Made by a program: the position numbers and the translations under genes. Positions 53,535 through 62,186 of a stretch of 64,000 nt of DNA are shown in pieces (within the stretch, counting starts at the first letter, position 1; each line of letters begins with the position of its first letter). The notes under the pieces were generated by a model that had not been told where the DNA came from, made no database searches, and saw only the letters and a list, made by a program, of their open reading frames with translations. The DNA comes from an uncultured Anaerolineales bacterium (lineage in GTDB: Bacteria; Chloroflexota; Anaerolineae; B4-G1): the NCBI GenBank assembly GCA_964393895.1, contig CAYMWP010000007.1, positions 81 to 64,080 of the forward strand, written 5' to 3'.

Positions 53535-54932
53535 ATGTACGAAAAAGTAAACGCCGATATCATCGAGGCGCTCCAGCGGATCGTAGGCTCGGAAAACGTC
53601 CTGGTGGACGCAGAGGCGCTGGAGCCTTACACCCACGACGAGACGGTGGGGTTGCGGGCCGCTCCCGAGGTGGCGGTGCGCGTCAGGTCGGCGGGACAGG
53701 TGGCCGAGATTCTCAAGCTGGCCCAACGAGAGCGGGTACCGGTGACGCCGCGCGGCGCGGGCTACGGTCTCAGCGGCGGGGCTGTGGCCGTTCAGGGGGG
53801 TGTCATCCTCTCGACGGAAAAGATGAACCGCATCCTGGAGATTGACAAGGAAAACCTGATGGTCACCGTCGAGCCGGGGGCGATCACGGGCGACATCCAC
53901 CGCGCGGTGGAGGCGGAGGGGCTGTTCTATCCCCCTGACCCGGCCAGCCTCGATTCCTGCTCCATCGGCGGGAACATTGCCGAGAACGCGGGCGGTCCGC
54001 GGGCGGTCAAGTACGGGGTGACCCGCCATTACGTCTGCGGCCTGGAGGCGGTGCTGCCTTCCGGCGAGATCATCACCTGCGGCGGCAAGCTGGTCAAGAA
54101 CGTCACTGGCTACGACCTGATCCAACTGCTGATCGGCTCGGAGGGCACGCTGGCGGTGGTGACCAAGATCATCCTGCGGCTGCTGCCCCTGCCCAGGGTG
54201 CAGATTGACCTGTTGGTGCCGTTCGCCGACTTCCAGGCGGCGGCCGACACGGTCTTGGACATCATCGCCCACCGCGTGCTGCCCACCACTATGGAGTTTA
54301 TGGAGCGAGATAGCGTCCTGGCCGTCGAGCGGTTGAGCCAGAAGGAGATGCCCTACCACGACGCGGCGGCCCATCTGCTGATCCAACTCGACGGCAACAG
54401 CCAGGAGGCGGTGGGCAGCGACTGCGACGTGGTGGGCGAGTTGTGCCTGGAGCACGGGGCGCTGGACGTGCTGGTGGCCAGGGATAGCCGCACCCGCGAC
54501 CGGCTGTGGGAGGCGCGCCGCTTGATCATTGATGCGCTCAACCACGAAAGCCCCGTCAACCACATGGAGGACGTGGTCGTGCCCCGCGCCGGGTTGCCGC
54601 CGCTGTTGAGGGGAATCAAAGAGATTGGCCGGCGGCACGATGTGCGCGTCGTCTGCTTTGGTCACTCTGGCGACGGGAACGTGCACGTCAATGTCCTCAA
54701 GGACCAAATCCCCGACGAGCGGTGGAAAGCGCTCGTGCCGGTGGTGACCGAGGCAATCTACCGGCTCAGCCTATCTCTGGGGGGAACGATCACCGGCGAG
54801 CACGGCATCGGCGCTACCCGCCGCAAGTATCTCCACCTGGCGCTGGACGAGGCCCAGATCGAGCTGATGCGGAGTATCAGGGCGGTCTTTGACCCCAACT
54901 GCATCCTGAATCCGGGCAAGATATTTCCGTGA
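53535..54932 (+). CDS. glcD: FAD-linked oxidase (glycolate oxidase GlcD / D-lactate dehydrogenase family)
   Basis: FAD-binding PCMH domain (VPVTPRGAGYGLSGGAV) and C-terminal GGTITGEHGIG. Confidence 0.85.
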   Translation: MYEKVNADIIEALQRIVGSENVLVDAEALEPYTHDETVGLRAAPEVAVRVRSAGQVAEILKLAQRERVPVTPRGAGYGLSGGAVAVQGGVILSTEKMNRILEIDKENLMVTVEPGAITGDIHRAVEAEGLFYPPDPASLDSCSIGGNIAENAGGPRAVKYGVTRHYVCGLEAVLPSGEIITCGGKLVKNVTGYDLIQLLIGSEGTLAVVTKIILRLLPLPRVQIDLLVPFADFQAAADTVLDIIAHRVLPTTMEFMERDSVLAVERLSQKEMPYHDAAAHLLIQLDGNSQEAVGSDCDVVGELCLEHGALDVLVARDSRTRDRLWEARRLIIDALNHESPVNHMEDVVVPRAGLPPLLRGIKEIGRRHDVRVVCFGHSGDGNVHVNVLKDQIPDERWKALVPVVTEAIYRLSLSLGGTITGEHGIGATRRKYLHLALDEAQIELMRSIRAVFDPNCILNPGKIFP

Positions 54933-54942
54933 GGCCTAAATC

Positions 54943-55863
54943 GTGAAACGTAATGAGAAGTTTATGGACAAGTCTGTTATTTCTTTGAGTGGGGTGTTTC
55001 CGCCCGTTACTACGCCCTTTGACGCCAAGGGGGACGTGGCAATCCAATCGTTGATCGAGAATCTCGAACGTTGGAACCAGTACGACCTGGCCGGGTACAT
55101 AGTTCTAGGCTCCAACGGCGAGGCTGGCTTTCTCTCCGAGGAAGAAAAACTGCGCGTCTGGGAGGCGGCTCGGCAAGCCATCCCGCCGGACAGGCTGATG
55201 ATCGCCGGGGCGGGGTGCGAATCCACGCGCCAGACCATCGCCCTGACCCACCAGGCTGCCCAGGCCGGCGCCGATGCCGTGCTCCTGGTCACGCCTCACT
55301 ACTACGATCCCCAGATGACGTCCGGCGCCCTGATCCAGCACTATGAATCGGTGGCCGATGTTGCGCCCATCCCCGTGCTGCTCTACACCGTGCCCAAGTT
55401 CACCCACGTGGACGTTGACGCGACCGCCGTCGCCCACCTGGCCCGCCATCCCAACATTATTGGCATCAAGGATACCGGGGGCAACATGGCAAAGGTGGCC
55501 GACATCGTGCGGCTGGCCGGCCCCGACTTTCAGGTGTTGGCCGGGTCGGCGAGCTTTTTCCTGGTCGGGCTGACGCTGGGCGCGGTGGGCGGCGTGCTGG
55601 CGCTATCCAACGTGGCTCCCCAAAAGTGTCTGAATCTCTACCGGTTGTTCAAGGCGGGCAAGATGGAGGAGGCGGGCGAGCTTCAGCGCTGGATGATCCC
55701 AGTCAACGCGGCGATCACCGCTCGCTTTGGCATCGCGGGGTTGAAGGCGGCCCTGGAGATGTTGGGCTACTATGGCGGGCCGGTCCGCTCGCCGCTGCTT
55801 GCCCTCACCGAGGAGGAGCGGCACGCGCTGCGGGAGGTGCTGGTCGAGGGCGGGCTGTTGTAA
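54943..55863 (+). CDS. Dihydrodipicolinate synthase/N-acetylneuraminate lyase family aldolase
   Basis: GVFPPVTTPF, GSNGEAGFLS, and the Schiff-base Lys in IIGIKDTGG. The start is GTG 54943 or ATG 54964. Confidence 0.8.
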   Translation: MKRNEKFMDKSVISLSGVFPPVTTPFDAKGDVAIQSLIENLERWNQYDLAGYIVLGSNGEAGFLSEEEKLRVWEAARQAIPPDRLMIAGAGCESTRQTIALTHQAAQAGADAVLLVTPHYYDPQMTSGALIQHYESVADVAPIPVLLYTVPKFTHVDVDATAVAHLARHPNIIGIKDTGGNMAKVADIVRLAGPDFQVLAGSASFFLVGLTLGAVGGVLALSNVAPQKCLNLYRLFKAGKMEEAGELQRWMIPVNAAITARFGIAGLKAALEMLGYYGGPVRSPLLALTEEERHALREVLVEGGLL

Positions 55864-55970
55864 CAAAATGGGGCAATGTAGTTTCCATGCCTCTCGGCCT
55901 GGCGCGCTATGGGAAGCGCGGCTACGCAAGTTCCCCCACGATATTGAGATGGTACTTTTCACGCTTGAGG

Positions 55971-58433
55971 CTAGTCATAATTCGCTTCTGCGACACCCGG
56001 CAGGGTAAAGAAGAAAAGGCTGCCTTGGCCTATCTCACTCTCTACTCCTACTTGCCCCCCTAGCTTTTCCACGATGCGCTTCACGATGGATAGTCCCAGA
56101 CCGTGTCCTTTGATACGCATAGGGCTGAGCCGCGTGAACGGTGTGAATAACTTGGCTTGTTCCTCTGGTGTGAGGCCGGGGCCGTTATCACGCACCCAGA
56201 AGCGGATGTACCCCCTCTCAGTCCGCTTTGCTTGCGGGAGAGGGTCGGCTCCCAACTCGATACGGGGCAGAATCTCTTCCTCCGGCCTTCCGCCATATTT
56301 GAGCGCGTTACTGAGATAGTTGACCCACACCTCCTCCACCCACGGCCCGTAGCCCAGCGCCACCGGCCATATCGCGTGCAAGACGATCTCGGCTTGACAA
56401 TCTTTGATCATTTGAGCCAACTGCTCCTGTACCTGGGCCACGATTCCGGCCATGTCTAGCGGCTCGAATTGCGCCTCCATCTCCCGCAGCCCGGCCAGCA
56501 ACATCAGTTCGTCGACTATGTGGCTTATTTTGCGTCCGCTTGACGCAACCTTGCGCAGGGACTCTAGGCCCTGGATATCACCCTGAGCAGCGCAGTCCTC
56601 CGCCAACATCTCGGCGTAGGCGACTATAGGGGTGAGTGGGGATTTGATGTCGTGGGCCACGGTGTGAGCGAAGGCGTCCAGTTCTTTGTTGCGTGCCTCC
56701 AGCTCGACGGTACGCTCCGCGACCTGCTCTTCGAGGCCTGTCACCAGCTTACTTAGTCTGGAGGCCATCTTGTTGAACGCACTGGTCAAAAAGCCGATCT
56801 CGTCCTGATTCTGGATGGCGACTTGAACGTTCAGGTCGCCGGCTTCCATCTGCCGCACCCCGGCCAACAAGGCATCCAGCGGCCTGACGATGGAGAAGTG
56901 AAGCAAGGTGGGCAGGCCTGCCATGAGCAGCAGGCTGCCCCCGATCACTACCCATCCCAGGGGAAGGATGAACGCGTGCAGATACTGTCTGAAATCCAGT
57001 TGATAGTTCTGTACGATCGCCCCTTGAGCCTCTTGGAGCGGTCCAGATAGATCGTCCAGGTGGGTGTGCAGGCTCTCCCTTCGACCCGGGGCCGCCCCGC
57101 GCAGCCAGGGATTCGCCGATGGGGTTTCATCCGGGTCGAAGCGTAACGGTAAAGGCAGGCCGTTGTAGGTGATATCGAAGACGCCGTCCTGGTAAAGAAT
57201 GGCCTGAAAGGTGAAAATGGCTTCGGGCTGGTATAGCGCAGGCAGATGGTCCCAGGTGAGGATCAGGCGGTCGGGTTCCTGGCGGGCATACAATCCACCG
57301 CCCGCGTTGGGATCGAGTTCGATCAGGAGCGGAAAGATGGTGGGCAAATTGGCGCGGCGGGCCTGCATGTTGGGCTGCCAGAAGGGCTCGCCTATGCCGA
57401 TGGCGCCCGAACTGGCGACATAGATCTGGGTATACGATTGCCCGTAAAAGGGAAATTCAAAGTCGATTTTATGGTTGCGGGCCTCATTTAAGGGCTGAAC
57501 CTGCAACCTGTCTCCCAGCCCGGTTTCAAAGGCAGGATCAACGGTGGTCACGGTGTACCCGCCGGATGCGTCGGGCGTAAAGCGCAGAGTCTGGTGATCC
57601 GTCAGGTCGGGGCGGTAGGTGGCGATGTAGGGAGAGGCAATGACCCAGCCCACCGAGCCCAGCAAGGCCAGGAACAGGGTCAGCGTGAGGATAGATAATC
57701 GCGCCAGAACGGATACGCCGCCGGGAATAAAGTTGATATAGTTGATGGCAAACAGCCACAAGGCTATCAATATCCCAATCGCAAGCGCAGCATTGTAGAA
57801 CATGGTCGGAAGGTAAAAGATGCGTAAAATGTCGATTATGCCTAACACAAATAGAATCCCAAAGACGAGAACAAAGCTGCGCGCGCCGCGCGCTTCCTTT
57901 CCCTGCGGGTTCCAAAGCTTGATCAGTCCGTTCAAGGGACGCGGGTCAGCCGCAATGGTCTGGCGTAAGAAGGCGATGGGCGCCCATAACAAGACGAGGG
58001 CATTCGCATAAGCTGACACACCAGGGCGATAATAGACAGTCTCCCACTGGAGCAGCGAGACGTAGCGGTAAACCATATACGACGCTTCCCACAGCAGATA
58101 GGCCAGACTGACGACCAGGCTGGCATGGGCTTCCCATTTGTGGTGGGCATAGAAGCGGGGGAAACGGTAGGCGAACTGCAGCAAAAAGACCAGCGCCAAC
58201 GCCAGGACGGTGTTTTGGGCATAGACGGCAAGCAGGCGTGGGAAGGGTGAGAGGGCCACATCCAGGAACATCAGCCCGATAAAAACGGTCGCCCCGGCAA
58301 AGAAGCAGGTCAGCAGAACCAGTTGCGTGTTCCTGTTCTGCAGGTGACGGGCCAGGAAAAGAGTGATGGACAGAGACAGGATGAACTGGGTAAGGTAACT
58401 GATTGATGCAGGTGTAAGGTGTATGAAAGACAT
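55971..58433 (-). CDS. Sensor histidine kinase (multi-TM sensor + extracytoplasmic domain + HAMP + HisKA + HATPase_c)
   Basis: H-box FAHTVAHDIKSPL, N-box YLSNALKYG, and G-boxes VRDNGPGL and GHGLGLSIV. HAMP is around IVRPLDALLAGVRQMEAGDL. Confidence 0.9.
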   Translation of the reverse strand: MSFIHLTPASISYLTQFILSLSITLFLARHLQNRNTQLVLLTCFFAGATVFIGLMFLDVALSPFPRLLAVYAQNTVLALALVFLLQFAYRFPRFYAHHKWEAHASLVVSLAYLLWEASYMVYRYVSLLQWETVYYRPGVSAYANALVLLWAPIAFLRQTIAADPRPLNGLIKLWNPQGKEARGARSFVLVFGILFVLGIIDILRIFYLPTMFYNAALAIGILIALWLFAINYINFIPGGVSVLARLSILTLTLFLALLGSVGWVIASPYIATYRPDLTDHQTLRFTPDASGGYTVTTVDPAFETGLGDRLQVQPLNEARNHKIDFEFPFYGQSYTQIYVASSGAIGIGEPFWQPNMQARRANLPTIFPLLIELDPNAGGGLYARQEPDRLILTWDHLPALYQPEAIFTFQAILYQDGVFDITYNGLPLPLRFDPDETPSANPWLRGAAPGRRESLHTHLDDLSGPLQEAQGAIVQNYQLDFRQYLHAFILPLGWVVIGGSLLLMAGLPTLLHFSIVRPLDALLAGVRQMEAGDLNVQVAIQNQDEIGFLTSAFNKMASRLSKLVTGLEEQVAERTVELEARNKELDAFAHTVAHDIKSPLTPIVAYAEMLAEDCAAQGDIQGLESLRKVASSGRKISHIVDELMLLAGLREMEAQFEPLDMAGIVAQVQEQLAQMIKDCQAEIVLHAIWPVALGYGPWVEEVWVNYLSNALKYGGRPEEEILPRIELGADPLPQAKRTERGYIRFWVRDNGPGLTPEEQAKLFTPFTRLSPMRIKGHGLGLSIVKRIVEKLGGQVGVESEIGQGSLFFFTLPGVAEANYD

Positions 58434-58465
58434 TGTTTCAACCGCCCAAGATTATGAAATCGCAG

Positions 58466-59455
58466 CTACGGGCCGGTATTTTTTCCATAATAGGAATTGC
58501 TGCCAGCCGGCTCCCGGCTCAGGATCCCCGTCAGGCAGCCCATCCCGCCGGCCGCTTTACAGAGTTCGCCGATCTCTACCTCGACGCACTCGATTCCGGC
58601 CGCCTGGTACATGGCCCGGGTTTGCGGGCACCCGGCCGGCATCAGCACCCGTCGTGGCCCCAGCGCGACAAAGTTGAGCGCCATTCCCGGCATGGTCTCC
58701 TGGTCGTTGGGCAGCCACAACACTTCCAGCCCCCGCGCGCGCAGCAGTTTGATCACTTTGTGAGGCACTCGCCCCGGCCCGGCCACGGCCAGGTCACGGT
58801 CGGCAAAGTTGACCGTGCCCAGCAGGTGCATCGTCCCGTAGGGCAGGTCCACTCTCACCACTTCCACCCCCATCTCCTTGAGCAACGCCTGCACCTGCGC
58901 CGCGCCTTGGTCGTTGGTGCGCAGCCCGGTGGTCAGCAGCAGTGTGTTCTCGTCCAGCCACAGTGCGTCGGCCCCCTCAAAAGTCCCCGCCCCGCGCACG
59001 CTGCGCAGGATGGGCACACCCAGGTCGGCGAGCCGTCGGGCGACGTACACCTCCTCGCCGGCGCGCACGGTGGAGGCGGGACGGGCCAGCACAGCGCCCT
59101 CCGGCGTCATGAAGAATAGGTCGCGCATAAAGATAGTGTTGGGGGGCGGGGCGGTGGCCGGTTCCAGGTAGTGGACGGTGACGCCCGCGCTGCGGTAGGC
59201 CTCGGCCAGCGCGTCGTGCTCGCGCCGCACAAGGTCAAAATCCACCGAGGCCAGCATCTGCACCGCGTTGGGATCGTCTGGGATCCGGCTCATCTCTGGC
59301 CCGGGCCGGTGCAACAACACCGCTCGCAGGGGCGCCCATTCGCTGGCCGTACCCCAGTCCCCCCAGAGATTGCCCATTTCTTCACGCATCGTCGTGGAGC
59401 GCGGCGACCAGCCTGGGCCGCCGTAAGCGGCAGCGAGGGTGGATGGAATATTCAT
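58466..59455 (-). CDS. Guanidino-group-modifying enzyme superfamily (arginine deiminase/DDAH/amidinotransferase-like)
   Basis: 329 aa. The C-terminal catalytic-Cys context is KAAGGMGCLTGIL, and the internal FMRDLFF... resembles the pentein-fold family. Confidence 0.6.
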   Translation of the reverse strand: MNIPSTLAAAYGGPGWSPRSTTMREEMGNLWGDWGTASEWAPLRAVLLHRPGPEMSRIPDDPNAVQMLASVDFDLVRREHDALAEAYRSAGVTVHYLEPATAPPPNTIFMRDLFFMTPEGAVLARPASTVRAGEEVYVARRLADLGVPILRSVRGAGTFEGADALWLDENTLLLTTGLRTNDQGAAQVQALLKEMGVEVVRVDLPYGTMHLLGTVNFADRDLAVAGPGRVPHKVIKLLRARGLEVLWLPNDQETMPGMALNFVALGPRRVLMPAGCPQTRAMYQAAGIECVEVEIGELCKAAGGMGCLTGILSREPAGSNSYYGKNTGP

Positions 59456-59469
59456 CGTGAACTCTGTTC

Positions 59470-59603
59470 GTAACTGTTCAAGGGAAAGCCTGTTTTACCA
59501 CAAAGGAAAAAACCAAAAACAGTCGCAGAACTTTTGAAATCACTTTCTTGGTGTCCTTCGTGCCCTTTGTGGTTCTCCAAAATAGGTATGCCTGAACGCT
59601 TAC
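59470..59603 (+). repeat. MITE-like element, copy B
   Basis: Direct-orientation copy of 53092-53231, located between two minus-strand genes. Confidence 0.7.
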
Positions 59604-59609
59604 CTCTAT

Positions 59610-60251
59610 TCAAGCAAGGTTCTGCAGGTGGCAGGTGTCGTTCATCAGAAGTAGGGTGAAAGAGCGCCAGTCGTCGCAACTGGCGCCCTCTTTTACGTCA
59701 AATACGTTCACGGCGCAGGTATCCTGCTGCAACCGCCAAAAGTGCTCGTTGCCCAGGCCCAGCACAGCGCAGAGCAGCACGCGGTTGACGACGGAGTGAG
59801 AGACCAGCGCGACGGTCTGCTCCGGATGGCGGACTATTACTTCTTCCAGGCCGGTCAGCACCCGCTCGCGCACCAGGCCCAGGCTCTCCCCGCCGGGGAA
59901 CTGCACTGTGTGAGGTTCCTCGTACCAGGCCCGGAGGAGGGCCGGGTCTCGTTGTGCGACCTCGCCGGGTGAAAGTCCTCCCCACTCGCCGCAGTTGACG
60001 TCCAGTAAACCGGCCAGCGGTTGGACGGTCAACCCGTGGGCGCGGGCGATGGGTGCGGCGGTCTGCATGGCGCGCCCCATACGGCTGGCGTAGACGGCGG
60101 CGGCGGGCCAGCGAGAGGCCACGTAGCGTCCGGTCGCCCCGGCCTGCGCCAGCCCAAACTCGTTCAAGGGCACGTCTATTTGGCCTCGGAAACGCACCTC
60201 TTTGTTCCAAGCCGTTTGACCGTGACGCACGAGCACGATGCGGGTTGTCAT
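59610..60251 (-). CDS. Histidine phosphatase family (phosphoglycerate-mutase-like)
   Basis: Start MTTRIVLVRHGQTAWN (RHG catalytic motif) follows GGAGGAG. The second His context is LVSHSVV. Confidence 0.85.
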   Translation of the reverse strand: MTTRIVLVRHGQTAWNKEVRFRGQIDVPLNEFGLAQAGATGRYVASRWPAAAVYASRMGRAMQTAAPIARAHGLTVQPLAGLLDVNCGEWGGLSPGEVAQRDPALLRAWYEEPHTVQFPGGESLGLVRERVLTGLEEVIVRHPEQTVALVSHSVVNRVLLCAVLGLGNEHFWRLQQDTCAVNVFDVKEGASCDDWRSFTLLLMNDTCHLQNLA

Positions 60252-60333
60252 TTCAGTTTCTCCTCCTCTCCAGATGACCCAAGATGTGGGTATTGTATCA
60301 CGTCTACAAACAGGATGCAATCACCAAACCGGC

Positions 60334-61524
60334 TCACGGATTTGCCTCAATTCCTTGCGTATAGTTCTGAACCTCAAGATAGATTATCCGTGGCTCAAAG
60401 TCCGTCGTCACAAAGGCGTAATAGTCCTGGTAACTGAGGGTCGAGGCGGGGTAGCGAAAGGCCCACATAGCGACGCACTCGCACCAGGGCCAGTGCCGGC
60501 TGGCCCACTCGTAAGCGGAGGTGGTGTACTGGATGCGCTCTGCCGGGCTGACGGAATTGGCCCAGCGTGGGTGGTCGTTCCAGCCGGCCTCGGTGACGTA
60601 GATTGATTTATCGCCGTCGCCGCGGGCGACCATCACCTCGCGCAAAATTTCGACGCGGCGAAAGTTGATTATGTAGGGAGAGGGAGGTTCATCCGGTGGG
60701 GACGTCAGCCCATAGGCGTGGGCGGCGAGTGCGTCAAAGTAGGGTGCGGCTCCGGCCTGGTACATGCGCTCCAGGTAGGCCAGATCGCTCAAGCCGGCAC
60801 TGCTGCCCTCCGGCTCCAGCGTGGGCGCCAGCGCGCCCGCCAGCACGACCACGTCGGGGTTGGCGGCGTGGGCGCGGGGGTAGACCTCCCGCAGTAGTTC
60901 GACGTATCCCTCGGGGTCCACTGGCCGGTAGCCCCACTCGAAGCTGAGGTTGGGTTCGTTCCACAGGATAACGTGGTTCACGCGGCCCCGGTAGCGTCCA
61001 ACGAAAGCGGCCACAAAGGCGGCAAAGTCGTCATAGTGGTCGGGGTCCAGATAGGTGAGGGTGGTTGCTTGCTCGTCGGGGTCGGGGCGGACCCACCAGG
61101 GCACCCAGCCCAGCCGGGCGATGACGGTCAGTCCCTGGTTCTCGGCCTGTTCGATCAATGCGTCGCTGTGGCTCCAGTTGAACTTGCTCTCTTCGGCCTC
61201 GATATAGGGCCAGGGGAAGAACTCGACGACCCAGGGTGCGCCCATCTGGCGCACCATCTGTAGTGTGCGTTGGATCTTCCATTCCTCCACCTCGTCGGTG
61301 AGGCGGGTGTGGACGCCGACGATGGGGTTGGTGGTTATCACTTGCTGGGGCGGGCCGAGAGGGATCAACACAGGCGCGGGACGGGCGGCCCACAGAGTGA
61401 ATATCGCCAGTGTCAGGAGGAGCAAGTGGGCCGGTCGGGCGCGACGCAACAGGGTAGAGACTCGATCCCAGACAGAGGTCATCAGTTTACCCACGGCCAT
61501 ACGCATTGGGTGCAGCGCCGTCAA
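60334..61524 (-). CDS. Membrane-anchored TIM-barrel glycoside hydrolase (GH5/GH39-like)
   Basis: N-terminal TM (LLLLTLAIFTLWAA) and the acid/base motif context HVILWNEPN. The start codon is uncertain. Confidence 0.5.
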   Translation of the reverse strand: MTALHPMRMAVGKLMTSVWDRVSTLLRRARPAHLLLLTLAIFTLWAARPAPVLIPLGPPQQVITTNPIVGVHTRLTDEVEEWKIQRTLQMVRQMGAPWVVEFFPWPYIEAEESKFNWSHSDALIEQAENQGLTVIARLGWVPWWVRPDPDEQATTLTYLDPDHYDDFAAFVAAFVGRYRGRVNHVILWNEPNLSFEWGYRPVDPEGYVELLREVYPRAHAANPDVVVLAGALAPTLEPEGSSAGLSDLAYLERMYQAGAAPYFDALAAHAYGLTSPPDEPPSPYIINFRRVEILREVMVARGDGDKSIYVTEAGWNDHPRWANSVSPAERIQYTTSAYEWASRHWPWCECVAMWAFRYPASTLSYQDYYAFVTTDFEPRIIYLEVQNYTQGIEANP

Positions 61525-61579
61525 ACCGAGAAAGGTGAATGAAGCAAAAAGGGGAAGCAGCGCTTCCCCTTTCTGACGT

Positions 61580-61894
61580 TGGCTCCTCGGGTAGGACTTG
61601 AACCTACAGCCAACCGGTTACGTCTACCCCCGCGTTTCCACGAGGAACGGACTATCTCATCACCCCAGAGGGGTGCGGGGCGCTCGAGGATGGCTTATCG
61701 GTCGGGCTCCTCACCATCTAGTCTCTGCACCTTCCCGGTTACTGTGATGCCCATTCACCGGGCTTGGCTCAGGATTGCCGTCACCCAAAGTGTTACGGTT
61801 TCCCTGAATTCACCCCGTTTTTCCGCTGGCCATTGCTGGTCAGGGCTGCAATTTAGCCTACAGCCGGCCGCTCTGCCAATTGAGCTACCGAGGA
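61580..61894 (-). tRNA. tRNA-Asn(GUU) interrupted by a group I intron (exons 61860-61894 and 61580-61620)
   Basis: The joined exons give a 76-nt cloverleaf: TCCTCGG TA GCTC AATTGGCA GAGC G GCCGG CTGT|TAA CCGGT TGGCT GTAGG TTCAAGT CCTAC CCGAGGA G CCA. All stems are Watson-Crick apart from one G-U pair. CCA is encoded. Confidence 0.85.
61621..61859 (-). ncRNA. Group I intron (IC3-like, 239 nt, no ORF) in the anticodon loop between nt 35 and 36
   Basis: The 5' exon ends in U and the intron ends in G. P1 pairs exon GGCUGU (61860-61865) with intron GCAGCC (61844-61849), with a U.G pair at the splice site. Core segments GGCAAUCCUGAGCCAAGCC (61761-61779) and GGAAGGUGCAGAGACUAGAUGG (61714-61735) match the conserved IC3 core recalled from the cyanobacterial tRNA-Leu and Azoarcus tRNA-Ile introns. 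Confidence 0.8.
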
Positions 61895-61908
61895 ACGTTA
61901 GCGACGGC

Positions 61909-61936
61909 ATTATACCGCCGAACGGCTAAATGTCAA
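61909..61936 (-). promoter_or_regulatory. Consensus sigma70 promoter of the tRNA-Asn gene
   Basis: On the minus strand: TTGACA (61936-61931), 16-nt spacer and TATAAT (61914-61909), ending 14 nt upstream of tRNA position 1. Confidence 0.7.
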
Positions 61937-62186
61937 ATCCAGGTTCTTGCTCGCGGTAGAAGCAGGCGAGCGTAACACGGAGGGGACAAGAATAGGCGCA
62001 AAATCGGTCTCGACGTTCGTTATTTGGCACTTTTCGAATGCAATTCGGACGTATAATCAGACATCGTTTAGCTACAGAAACTGAACCCCTATATGCGGGA
62101 TTTCCCGCTCAGCGAAGCCCAATATATGGGGGTAGGCGACGGACCTGCCGGAGCTACGCCGCTTTCTGCTTGTCCTAAACATTATA

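Noticed and set aside
61579-61929. 116-aa plus-strand ORF
   Set aside because: It overlaps the minus-strand tRNA-Asn exons and the group I intron, so it is an artefact of structured RNA sequence.
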